Below are positions 23,691-36,019 of a DNA stretch of 64,000 nucleotides, in pieces (within the stretch, counting starts at the first letter, position 1; every line of letters starts with the position of its first letter). A program made the position numbers and the translations under genes. This DNA comes from Octopus vulgaris (taxonomy: Eukaryota): contig OX597818.1 of assembly GCA_951406725.2 (NCBI GenBank), positions 46,748,001 through 46,812,000 of the forward strand, given 5' to 3'. Below the pieces are notes generated by a model. It was not told where the DNA came from and searched no databases. It saw only the letters and a list, made by a program, of their open reading frames with translations.

Positions 23691-24335
23691 CTTTGGACCA
23701 TATAACAGACCATCTGAGGAATAAAAGAAAAATAATTTAGACAAAGAAACACATACATAATAATATATAAATATATGCATATATACATACACATATGTAC
23801 ATACCTACATATATATGTATATATACATGCATATATGGGTACAGGACATCAAAAAAACATTGAACACAATGAGAAACGAAAACAAACACAAAAACATTGA
23901 TACAAACCTTTTTTCAAATAACAAAAAAAAACAGAGTACAAGACATACAACACAAGGAATATTTCCCTTCTTCAGTTGTTCCTGTTTCATCTACTCAGCG
24001 TTTCAAAGGTAAGGACAAGACGCGACTTCGTTGAAACAGTCCTTCTCGCAAAGCAAATTAAATAAAATTTGGGATTTTTTGCAGAGGGTGAAAGTGGTAA
24101 CAAGAACAGGATAGTAAGAACAAAACAGTAAAAACAATAAAAAAGTAAAAACAGTAAAAGATAGAACAATGAGAACAAAACAGTAAAAACAAACGATGAG
24201 GGCTGTTAAGCTAAGACAATGGAAAAATTATTCTGAATGCTTAAGGAGACAGCTTATGAAAGAGACAGGATGAGTTGGTCTGGTCTTGGTGAAGATAGCA
24301 GTCAGAAAGATGGCTTCCCTGTAATCACGTGTATT

Positions 24336-24381
<46 letters not shown>

Positions 24382-24490
24382 AATACTGGGGTAGTCAGAT
24401 GAATTCACTTTTTTTGTCTCTTTTGCCACACTGCTAATTTATAGGAACATAAACATACCAACACTGATTGTCGAGTGGTGGTACATATAT

Positions 24491-24975
24491 AATTAAGAAA
24501 ATGGAGATATAACATTAATATAATTTATTATCTGCAAAAATCCAACATATTCTCTTACAGCTGTTTCAATTAAATCTAAAAGATTAAAAAGCAATGATTA
24601 AATCATTATTTTAGGCAAAATCTCAGTCAGCTGAAATGATTCAAAAACTCACCTAATAACCTAACGGTATATCTTTTCTACCCAACTAATGAGATTTTGC
24701 CTAATATAATGATCTAATTATTGCTATTTAATCATTTAGCCTTAATTGAAACAGCGAAATGAGAAAATGTTGGATTTTTGCAGATAATAAATCATATTAA
24801 TGCTACATCTCCATTTTCTGAATTTTCTTTTGAATATTCATAAACCAAGATTTATATTTGGACCTATTTTATGAATAATTATTATTCACAAAAAATATTA
24901 GGTAATGAACCTGTTATTCATTGGATATTACGATCCCTTAATGAGGCTATTTTAACCTCTAATTGAATATATACA
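24491..24975. mobile_element. Second Penelope-like inverted pseudo-LTR element (about 135 bp arms plus tail), nested in a family A SINE
   Basis: Arms about 24491-24626 and 24690-24824 are inverted. They contain CTAATGAG/CTGACTGAG...GAAACAGCTGTA hammerhead-like relics. Confidence 0.5.
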
Positions 24976-25173
24976 GCTCTGTCTGGCACCTGTGCGGGTG
25001 GCACGTAAAAAGCACCCACTACACTCGCAGAGTGGTTGGCGTTAGGAAGGGCATCCAGCCATAGAAACACTGCCAGATCAGACTGGGCCTGATGCAGCCT
25101 TCTGGCTTCACAGACCCCAGTTGAACTGTCCAACCCATGCTAGCATGGAAAACGGATGCTAAATGATGATGAT

Positions 25174-25222
<49 letters not shown>

Positions 25223-26009
25223 ACAGGCTCCTTTCAGTTTTTGTCTACCAAATCCACTCACAAGGCTTTCATCAGCTTGAAGCTATAGTAGAAGACACTT
25301 GCTCAAGGTACCATGCAGAGACATTGAACCCAGAACCATGTGGTTGGGCAGCAAGGTTAAGTATGAAAATCAGTCCAATCAATACAGCTAAGTTATAATT
25401 TATGTTGAATCATCCTCATCATCATTTACTGTCTGTTGTCCATGCTGGCATGGGTTGGACAGTTTAACTGGGCTGACACACTGGAAGGCTGCACCAGGCT
25501 CCAGTCTGATTTGGCATGGTTTTCTACAGCTGGATGCCCTTCCCAATACCAACCACTCAGAGTGTAATGGGTGCTTTTATGTGCCACTGGCACAGGTGCC
25601 ATTTGCATGACACCAGGGTGCATTTATGTGCCACCAGCACAAGTGCCAATTTGCATGACACTGGTATCTGCCTCAATTGCGGTTTTGCTTTGCTTGATGG
25701 TTCTTCTTCTCAAGTATGACATAATGCCAAAGATCATTATTGCCTCCAGGAACTCGACCACCTTGCCTCTATGAGGACCAATACTCAAAAGGAACCCAGC
25801 CATTTTGTCTCCACCTCTGTGAGGCCCAATGCTCGAAAGGAATTCAGCCACTTTGCCTCCGTGAGTGGCCTCTGATTATAGTCAACACAATCACTTTCAT
25901 ATTTCTGAATAAGAAGAAAATAAAATACCTTCACATCTTTTGAAAGCTACATAACAAATAGGCTTAAAAGCTGTAGTCTAACTTAATACTTAAAATGTAT
26001 TTTAGGCTT

Positions 26010-27050
26010 TGATTGATTGATTGAGATAGATAGATATCTTTATTAGCCATGCAGGGCTGAACAGAGGGGACAATATAAAGTAGAACTTTTCTTTTCAAAA
26101 AGAAGAAAGGGAAAAAAAAACAATCAAAAGGAATCGAAAGCATTTGTGATGTGAAAACAGAAAAAAAAAAGCAGCATAAAAATGTATAAGAGGTTTATCC
26201 GTGGAAAGAAAAGCCTATGGAAAAGACCATGGTAACTTCAGGCAGGGAAAGTAACATATCAGAGCAAAGCGCTCTCTTATTCTCTCTTTTGGACCATCTT
26301 TGCTACATTCACCTACATTTTATTGAAACTTTTATAAGACAAAACTTCTCTCTCTATTCTCACCTTCCCTTTCAAGTGGTACTTGAAAAAGTTAATGAGT
26401 GATTGGCCAGAGAGGAAAGTGTTTGTCTCTAAACCTTTCACACGAGTCCACCACACACATTCTTTCACCATAGCCACCAGTACAATGAAGACTGCCTTGC
26501 CTTCCTGGTTAAAGGAAGTTGGCGGGGCAATATTCACGATAGGTTCGGCCAATAACCAAATTCATCCCACACCTAACAGCAGCCATTCAAGATAAGCCCA
26601 CAGGTCTGAAATGGATGCACACTGCACAAGTAAGTGCAGAATGGTTTCGTCACTCTGACCGCATGTCAGGCAAGTCAGTCCGGTGCATCTCAAGCCGTAC
26701 CTGTAGAGCTTATCCTGAACTGGCAATGCTTCCCAATAGCACTGCCAGGGATCTCTGGTGATTGTCCATAGGTCCAGGCCCAAAAGTTATTTGTCCTGAA
26801 GAGGTGGGTCAGGTGTTCCTCATCAATGCCCAGATTCTCCCCAATAACATTGTCGCACCTCCCCTCCACTAATCCTCTATAGAACGCCTTTGTGGAATTG
26901 AACTCGCACAAGTTTGGTCCCAGATGGCAGAGTTGCTTGAGAGCAAGGCGGCACTCACAGTGCCATTCACCTAACCTCAGTCTGTTTGATCCATGACTGC
27001 AGTTCAGCCAAAGAGACGATCTGCGGGAAAGTGTGCCTCACAAACGGCGT
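26010..27050 (-). mobile_element. Tx1/L1-clade LINE 3' portion, decayed
   Basis: zf-RVT motif ALPVQDKL...CLTCGQSDETILHLLVQC...W, then a 3' UTR with AATAAA and an (ATCT)/(ATCA)n tail. Confidence 0.8.
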
Positions 27051-27099
27051 CTATAAAGCACCGGAGATGTCAGACATCATCAACCACAGCATACCCAGT

Positions 27100-27800
27100 T
27101 TAGATTGAATGAATACAGACAGTTGAATCAACAGGCTACAACATATCTACAGTTTCCCAAAAATTCTCTATGTCAATATTCCACTAAGACCAACAGTCAG
27201 TTGTCAGCACAGCATGTCATCACTGAGCAGATCCCTTGCAGATATAATCAACACCCTAATGAGTAAGTCTCAATCTTCTAGAAAGAATTCTATTCATTTT
27301 ATAGACTCAGAAATATTCTCATTCATTCTCACAGGATGATTAATTTGGATGTGATGAGTGTATTCAAGATTCTTACTAATGAGTCACCACCAATTGTTAG
27401 AAATCAAAACTGGAATTGGATCCTTCAGTTGGAGAATGTAGCAGTATCATGACATAATCTGATAAAAATGTTGCATTGACATTCTGTGTACAAACATACT
27501 TCCAATTGGTGCCCATCCTATATCGACAGTAAGAAGGATTAGCTATTGGCTCATCATCCCCTGTCTTGGCAAACATATTCATGGAAGACTTTAAGGAAAT
27601 GACTTTAAAAACAACCTGACTTAAACCAACCAGGAGGATAAGATATACAAATGACATCTTCGTACTTTGGTCATCTGAGAAAGAAGAACAACTACTGCTG
27701 GACCATGGCAATTCAATAAAACCTTCAGTTCAGTATGCAACTAGAAAAGGGCAATAAACTAGCCGTCTGGAATGTGCTCATAACTTGCACAAAGTATGGA
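27100..27800 (+). pseudogene. Penelope-like reverse transcriptase relic
   Basis: PLRPTVS, GSSSPVLANIFMEDF, RYTNDIFVLW (decayed RYVDD) and QFSMQLEKGNKL appear in collinear order across frames. Confidence 0.7.
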
Positions 27801-29199
27801 TTCACGTGGTTGGCGTTAGGAAGGGCATCCAGCTGTAGAAATTCTGCCAGATCAGATTGGAGCCTGGTGCAGCCATCTGGTTCGCCAGTCCTCGGTCAAA
27901 TCATCCAACCCATGCCAGCATGGAAAGCAGATGTTAAACGATGATGATGAGGATCTGTATATTGCAAACCCAAATTCATGGACAATATTGGCACTTTGGT
28001 TCCCACCTTCTGTACAGCATGTGAAAAGATTGTCCTTAGCCTGTAATATTGAGAAAAACTCAAAAGTAGAGAGCCAGACACATGCCAAAAAGAGATGATC
28101 AGGAATTACAATAATATTCTAGAGTAACAACTGCTCTGTGAGCATAGCAAGTGCTACACAGTGGGACTAACCTCAAGACCACATGGTTGGGAAGCAAGCC
28201 TTTTAACCACAAAGACACACTGGCACTATTAGACTACAAATCATATCCATCTCTGATTATGCCGGTCCTACCTGGCCCTACAATCTTTCTGCAATACACT
28301 GTAAAGGACACCTGATAAATACAAGCTGTTCACATTTCACATTCCCCACTCAGAGCACACCTACACAATATAAAAGTAAAGTACTCAAAATAGTAACCGC
28401 CTGGACATATCAGGGATGCAGCTGTTTTGTTTTTTTTTGCTACAGCAAGCAAACTCCAGCCCACACAATTCCTGCCATATGTTCAATCACTCTCAAACAC
28501 AGGAACATCTGCTCCAGAAAACTAACCAGTCCAACACCATCCTAAAATCACTATCTTGCCTACTTTAATCCAGATAAACACAAGAATAGCAGTTGCATCA
28601 TCAGTAACCTCATCACCTCTCGGTCACTGTGCTGGGATTTACATCAGAAATAAGTGCAGAACAACAACAACTGAAATACTTCAACCTGTCCATTTTAGCA
28701 AACTCAGCTGTGGTTATTACGAGAACCTACTGCACAAAGGAGCAGACTGGATAATGAAGGAAACAGCACCCCCAGAAATGTTACATTGCACTTCTTAGTG
28801 ATACAAAACTGCATGTTATTGTGCACTGTGTGGCCCTCAGTCAACAGAAACATTAATGTATGTGGTGGACTGGATTTAGAGAAATGTAATAAGAGATTCA
28901 ACAGACTGCTTAAGTGCCACAGGTCTACTTGATCAGGGCCGACCAGTGCTACACACAAACAGCAAATTAAGCAACAGGTTATGGTCTAAATTCATGAATG
29001 TGAAATGACTAATTAAAACTTGTAGTCAAAAAGGAGAGTGTCATAAAATGTAAATGGCCATTATGATTGACAAAAGAAGACAGTAAAAAAACCGAAGCGA
29101 TTTTCACTAAGAATAGGCAGGTTTCTTAGCTAAATTATGTCAGCCATTGATAAGCATCAAAGATTAAAAAAAAGCCATGAGGTCAAAGAGAAGGAAAGT

Positions 29200-29247
<48 letters not shown>

Positions 29248-30185
29248 TTGCACAAAATAAGTGATTTTTATTGTTAAGGTTTCTGCAGAATTATGAAACA
29301 AATATTTACCACAGCTCTATAAACAGGAACTTGCCAAAACCCAATGGAGATGCATTGTAAAATGTTGCTGGGAACTATAAAAGAAACAAAGAATTATATT
29401 TTAAAATCATTAAAAGGAAGAAAAAAAAAAAGTATCATTAAAAGAAAAGCAAAAGTTGAATTTAACATGTTAGGAGAAAAATCTTCCTGGATAAGATTTA
29501 GCAAGATTACTATTGTATTTAATCCCATCTGTCTCATTCACATATAAGATGCACCTCTAATTTACTGTTAAATCTTGGTACAAAATCTTTCCTCACCATA
29601 GTTTTGGATTTGCTCGCATATGTAAGTCACACCTCAGTTTTTTCAGTTACAATCAAGTATAAAATACAACTTATACACAAGTAAACACTGTAACAGGGAT
29701 ATAGGTAATTATATCACATGAGTTTCCAACAAGGCTCAAAGATAACAAATGACAAATTTCATATGAAACAAAAAGATGAACAGCTTTAACTTGAAAGTCT
29801 AGGGAAAAAAATTAAAAGTCCCACATTGCATTTGGTTGTGTTGCTGTGGTACTGGATAACATCCTCCTGGGTCATACATTCAAATTTGCTTCTGTATTGT
29901 CTTAGTTTGCTGAGGTGTCAAGAACAGACGTTACATTATCTGAGAATCTTACCAATGATAGACTAATGTTTTATCAAAGGGAGATTTTCTTTATCTACAT
30001 TATACCATTAAAACAGAGCTGAGCATCAACCCTCAAAAGTCCTTTGGTGAGGATGGGGGTATACAAGATAATATCTTGCAATCAGATAAGCAATAAGAAA
30101 ACAAAGACTGAATAAAAGGTTCTATTTACAGAGTTAAAAATCACAGTCAAGTTCAAAAATACATTCATCTCTATCTTTGGAAATT

Positions 30186-30270
<85 letters not shown>
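30186..30270. repeat. Compound (TG)n(TA)n microsatellite
   Basis: Directly visible. Other long tracts are (TA)n 6763-6807, 25176-25218, 29210-29246 and 58583-58634, and (GA)n 31214-31256. Confidence 0.95.
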
Positions 30271-30274
<4 letters not shown>

Positions 30275-31209
30275 TTGTGAAGCAATTTAAAACTATCAAC
30301 TCATACAAGTTTCTCAACACAAGTGATTTTGTTTTATCAAATCAATCAAGGAATTTTAGGAAAATTCAATAATAAAATAGCTGAAGAGGCCTGAATGCAA
30401 CTAAATTTAAGGTGTTAATTTGTGGCAGGTGAGGGTTTCAAAGGAAAAAAATAATAATTATAGAAACAGCTACATACAACATTCAAAATGGATCAGTTCA
30501 GTTAAGCCCAAAAAGAGTGGTAAAATACCAATGACACAAGGCAGAGACAATCAACACCGCAATTGTAACAAATCCATTGTGGTCAGAAACTAAAAGGCCT
30601 TTGGTTGATCTGCTATGCTGGAGACTGTGAACTTAATAAGTGTTGGAAAGAGGGAAGCAACAGCACAGATATCTACTCTGAATAGATACGATGTCTGTGT
30701 CAGTAATGTGATGTATGATAGTAGAAGATAAGCATTGAAAGTTGATTAACATAAACAACTGTAAAGGAAATGAGCTGTATACCACTGGTCACACTTAGAT
30801 GAGCAGCATGAAATTATCATCCTCTTCATCACTGGTTCAATGTCTGTTTTTATAAAACTACTGTAGGACAGGCTTATAAACTAGATGAACAGAACTGAAG
30901 AGAAATTACTAACAAAATGCAGTGAATTAGAAGGTATGCAAAATAGACAAGCATTACGAAATTGCCTGTGATAAAGTAATCAGATCATAGTTTAACAGTT
31001 GGGTTACAGCTATAGATAGAACTTTATGAAACCTATTAAATTTTATAAAAACTTGTTCAGTCTGATCTAAAATAGATTGTGAAAATATTTTGTAACCATA
31101 TCCTAGATATAATGTCAGATTGATAATTTTCCCAGCATATCTAAAGTAATCATCTTTACTTTGCATATCTTTATGAAAGTGACTAAGATAGGAGTTTAAA
31201 GTGGGTTAT

Positions 31210-31257
<48 letters not shown>

Positions 31258-31544
31258 AAGCACAACTAATGCTGCAAGTGTCATATGTATGCTTAGCTAT
31301 AGATGATTGATACTATGAACTAAAAACAATTTGAAATCAATCATGGAAACAATTTATTGTGACACAATAATTATCAAACTAATAATTAATTAGATGGATT
31401 AGTCGTTAAGATTTTCAAAATGATAGTAGAGACACAAATTAAATTCAGACTAAAGAGAGAGATTCAATGATCAGATCCAAAGCATGTAGTAGCTGCTTAC
31501 CAAGTAACCGCTTTACTGATTACATTTGAGAAAAAAACTATGAA

Positions 31545-31953
31545 TTGTGGCTGTATGGTAAGAAACTTGCTTCCCAACCACAAGGTTCCAGGTTCAGTCC
31601 CATTGCATGCCACCTTGGACAAGTGTTTTCTGCAATAGCCTCAGGCTGACCAAAGCTTTGTGAGAGGATTTGGTAGATGGAAACTGAAAGCCTGTTGTAT
31701 ATATGTATATATATATGTATGTATGTATGTATGTCTATCTTTCTGTCTGTGTTTGTCCCACCACTACCACTTAACAACTGGTATTGGTGCGTTTGCATCC
31801 CTGTAACTCAGCAATTTGGCAAAAAGAAACAGACAGAATTAGTACAGGGCTTAAAAAAAGAAGTACTGGGGTTGATTCATTCAACTAAAAGTTCAAGGCG
31901 GTGCCCCAACATGGCCATGGTCTAATGACTGAAACAAGTAAAAGATAAAAGAT
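31545..31953 (+). mobile_element. SINE family A, full length
   Basis: Same head, core and tail as 16588-16970. Confidence 0.8.
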
Positions 31954-32947
31954 AACTGCAAATATTTTCAACACTAAAATGATATTCAACATTATACTGC
32001 CCCTGCCCCACAAGATTCATAGTCATGCCAGCTGCATGTCTACCTCACTAGTATACACAACCACCCAGTATACGCTGTCAAGTAGTTGGTGTTAAGTGTA
32101 TCCAGCTGTAGAAGCCATGTCAAAACAGACACTGGAGCATGGTGCAGTTTTTGAATCCGTCAGATGCTGTCAAACAATAGAAAACACAAACTAGCATGAA
32201 ACAAGGATATTAAATAATAAGGATCATAGAAATGTGGGTCAGATCCTGTCCATGGGCTTGTTTCTCATTCTGTCTCAATAACTGTGTGATTAAGAAGTTC
32301 AGTTCAAAACACTGCAGTTTTGGGGTTGGTCTCATTTCAGGTCTTGTAACATTGGATTGACCAATGCCTTGCATGTGAAATTTGGCAGATGGAAACTGTA
32401 TGGAATCCCATCATATTTGTGTGTGTGTGTGCATGCAGGTCTTCACACTGACATCACTTGAACACTGTTTGTCCCCCAAAAAGAGAAATAAAGGGAATGT
32501 CCTACTCAGGATAAAACAGATTACAAAGTTAAGGTCTGGCATCACAAGAGGTATCTGGCTGTGAAACACTACTTGAAGAAGACTCATCTGACAAATACCA
32601 ATATGGAAAGAAGCACACGATGATGATGATGATCCAAGAAATGAATAGAAATGTTGTGAACTGTGCAACATTTTTGTTTTACATCTGCTTTCCATGTCAG
32701 CATGGGTTGGATGGTCACTACTGTACTTCTAGGTGAGTCAGAAGACATCTTAAACGCAGATTTCATTCTCAATTGGTTTCTATAGCTGGATCCCCTTCCC
32801 AACACCAACCTGAGAATAAAAATTTGATAGAGTGGAGGAAATATTTTAGCCCTGTCACAGACAGACCTTTCATATACTAGTGGCATGATAAAAGCTACTC
32901 AGTTCATAATAGGAAGGGCATGACAACCTTGCCCTAATTGCTGAGTC

Positions 32948-34411
32948 TATGCTGACGACCATGCTCTAATTGCTGAGTCACTATCAGAACTAGAGGAGAA
33001 AGTCCTAATAAGTAAGAAGGCAGGCAAACCACAAATCCCTTCAGATAGATGGCCCTGCTCGATCTGTAGAAAAGGAGTAGGTAGAAACTCTATAAGATGT
33101 ACCCAGTGGCTATGGACACATAAGAGGTGCAGCAATATCAAAGGAAAACTAACTGGGAGGATAGCTTTTGTATGTGGCAGATGCTCAGGAGCTATAAATA
33201 GCACTGAAAATGTGCAGAGAACAACTTCCGCCACATTCCAGGGAGAAAAACTAGTTGATAGCTTCCATTACCTAGGTGACCAAGTCAGTAGCGGGTGAGG
33301 GGGTGCTGAAAGTGTAGCTGCTAGAATAAGAATAGCCTGGGCTAAGTTCAGAGAGCTCTTACCTCTGCTGGTGACAAAGGGCCTCTCGCTCAGAATAAAA
33401 AGTAGACTGTACGACGCATGTGTACGAACAGCCATGCTACATGACAGTGAAACATGGGCCGTGACTGCTGAGGACATGTGTAAGCTTGCAAGGAATGAAG
33501 CCAGCATGCTCCGATGGATGTGTAATGTCAGTGTGCATACTTGACAAAGTGCTAGTGCCTTGAGAGAAAGGTTGGACCTAAGAAGCATCAGATGTGGTGT
33601 GCAAGAGAGACGACTGTGCTGGTATGGTCATGTGGTGAGAATGGATGTGGATAGCTGTGTAAAAAAGTGCCACACCCTAGCAGTTGAGGGAACCTGTGGA
33701 AGAGGTAGACCCAGGAAAACCTGGGATGAGGTGATGAAGCATGACCTTCAAACATTGGGCTGCACCGAGGCAATGACAAGTGACTGGGACCTCTGGAAAT
33801 ATGCTGTGCTTGAGAAGACTTGGCAAGCGCAACTGAGACCATAACCTTGTGGCCTATGCCAGGGGTGTAACCAGTCCACTTATGCATGCCTTTCTTTCAT
33901 TGGACACTAAACTCTGCTTGTGAAAACCAGTTGAGGCAAGTGAAATTGAAATCAAACTCGGTGACTGGCATCCGTTGTTAGTGGAGCACTAAGAGTACCA
34001 TACGAGTGAGATTGGTGCCAGAGCAACAAACTGACCTTCATGCCGATGGCACGTTAAAAACACCATTCGAGCATGATCATTACCTGTGTCACCTTACTAG
34101 TACTTGTGCTGGTGGCACGTGAAAAAACATTCGAGCGAGGTCATTGCCAGTGCCACTGGACTGGCTCCTGTGCAGGTGGCACATAAAAAGCACCATTTGA
34201 GCGTGACCGTTGTCAGTACCACCAAACTGGCCCTCATACCAGTGGAACGTAAAAGTACCCACTACACTCTTGGAGTGGTTGGCGTTAGGAAGGGCATCAA
34301 GCTGTAGAAACTCTGCCAGATCATATAGGAGTCTGGTTCGCCAGACCTCAGTCAAATAGTCCAACCCATGCTAGCATGGAAAACAGACGTTAAACGATGA
34401 TGATGATGATG
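32948..34411 (+). mobile_element. RTE-clade LINE, 5'-truncated, decayed ORF end plus complete 3' UTR
   Basis: YADD at 32948-59, DSFHYLG, RIRIAWAKFREL, SETWAV, RRLCWYGHVVRM and RGRPRKTW. The 3' UTR ends GCATGGAAAACAGACGTTAAAC(GAT)n. Confidence 0.9.
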
Positions 34412-34789
34412 ACAGAGATGCCGTGTGAATCATCCAAACAATACCAGCATTAGAAAAATAGCTAATGACAGTGACCATTACTTTCAAAGTTATGTAAACT
34501 GATCGGTGAAAATGAGAGGAAAAATATTGATAATTTTATGTAAGTCAAAATATATTACAGAAAACAAAAAAACTTCCCTCTGTTAGTCAATATTATTATG
34601 TAGTTCTGCTATAGTCATTCCCCACTTCTGCTGTTAATAATACTCAAAAGTAATAAATTTTATATCAGTTTGTGTTACTGTCTGGAAGAGATAATGGAAT
34701 ATTTTATACCCAAACCAAACTTCTACAAATACAATAACAATTATGTTACTTTTATTATTAAACAAAACAGGTAGTGAGCTGGAGGAAAC

Positions 34790-35252
34790 ATTAGCACGCT
34801 GGGTGAAATGCTTAGTGGTATTTTATGTCTTTACGGTTTGAGTTCAAATTCCACCGAGGTCAACTGCCTTTCAGGGTTGATAAATTAAATACCAGTTGCG
34901 TACTGGGGCGGGGGGTCAATCTAATCGACTGCCCCCCCCTCCCCAAAATGTTTGAACCTTGTGCCTAGAGTAGAAAAGATTATTAAAATACAAAACAGAT
35001 GACAATAAAAAATAAGAAAAAGGATCCAAAAAGGATCGGTAGCATGCCGGGCGAAATGCTTAGCGGTATTTCGTCTGCAGCTACGTTCTGAGTTCAAATT
35101 CCACCGAGGTCGGCTTTGCCTTTCATCCTTTTGGGGTCGATTAAATAAGTACCAGTTATGCACTGGGGTCGATGTAATCGACTTGATCCGTTTGTCTGTC
35201 CTTGTTTGTCCCCTCTGTGTTTAGCCCCTTGTGGGTAGTAAAGAAATAGGTA
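34790..35252 (+). mobile_element. Two adjacent SINE family B copies with different tails
   Basis: AGCAYGCYGGGYGAAATGCTTAG head and family B core. The tails match those at 241-297 and 76-131. Confidence 0.78.
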
Positions 35253-35766
35253 TCTGGCCATAGAAAAATCCATCTCAACAAATTCCATCTGACCCATGCA
35301 AGTATGGAAAAGTGAATATTTAAAAGATAATAAAGAAACATGAATATAAGAACACATGCATGTGTTGAGAACTACAAAATATCTTGATATGCTCAAGTAC
35401 ACAGACAAATGTACATATAAGCATGCACATGTACATACAAATGCATATACAGATCAACATCCACTTTATAGAGTGCACTGGGTGAACTTTATCATGGCAC
35501 CAGCACCAATGAAATTGTCTTGTATCACACAAGGCTAAGAGTCCTCACTGCCCTATGGTTTCTCTGTCTAAGGCAACATACACCTAAGAGGGTAAATAAA
35601 GTAGAGAAAGCAAATGACAGAACTAGGGTAGATGACAAGAGTGGGAGAAGGAACAGAAAAATAAGAAAGGATAATGGAAAAGCGGTACTGGTGTTGGCTA
35701 CATGGCTGTTGTGTGGAGAGTATGTGTGCAAGCACATACACACATGCATTGAAATATGCATACACA

Positions 35767-36019
35767 GATACATACACACCTGCAAATATACATACAAAGA
35801 CACACATTGATACATACACACCTGCAAATATACATACAAAGACACACATTGATACATACACACCTGCAAATATACATACAAATACACACATTGATACATA
35901 CACACCTGCAAATATACATACAAAGACACACATTGATACATACACACCTGCAAATATACATACATAGTCACACACACACATTGATACATACATACCTGTA
36001 AATATACAAAGACACACAT
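35767..36019. repeat. 42 bp minisatellite, about 6 copies
   Basis: Unit GATACATACACACCTGCAAATATACATACAAAGACACACATT starts at 35767, 35809, 35851, 35893 and 35935. Confidence 0.92.

Noticed and set aside
23691-23792. N-terminal part of the 366 aa ORF (MYVYMHIF...)
   Set aside because: It reads through intronic microsatellite and polypyrimidine tract. The exon starts at 23713 and homology starts at MAEEV.
23985-24060. Possible hammerhead-like relic on the minus strand
   Set aside because: The core and stems need too many substitutions, and there is no second copy in the window.
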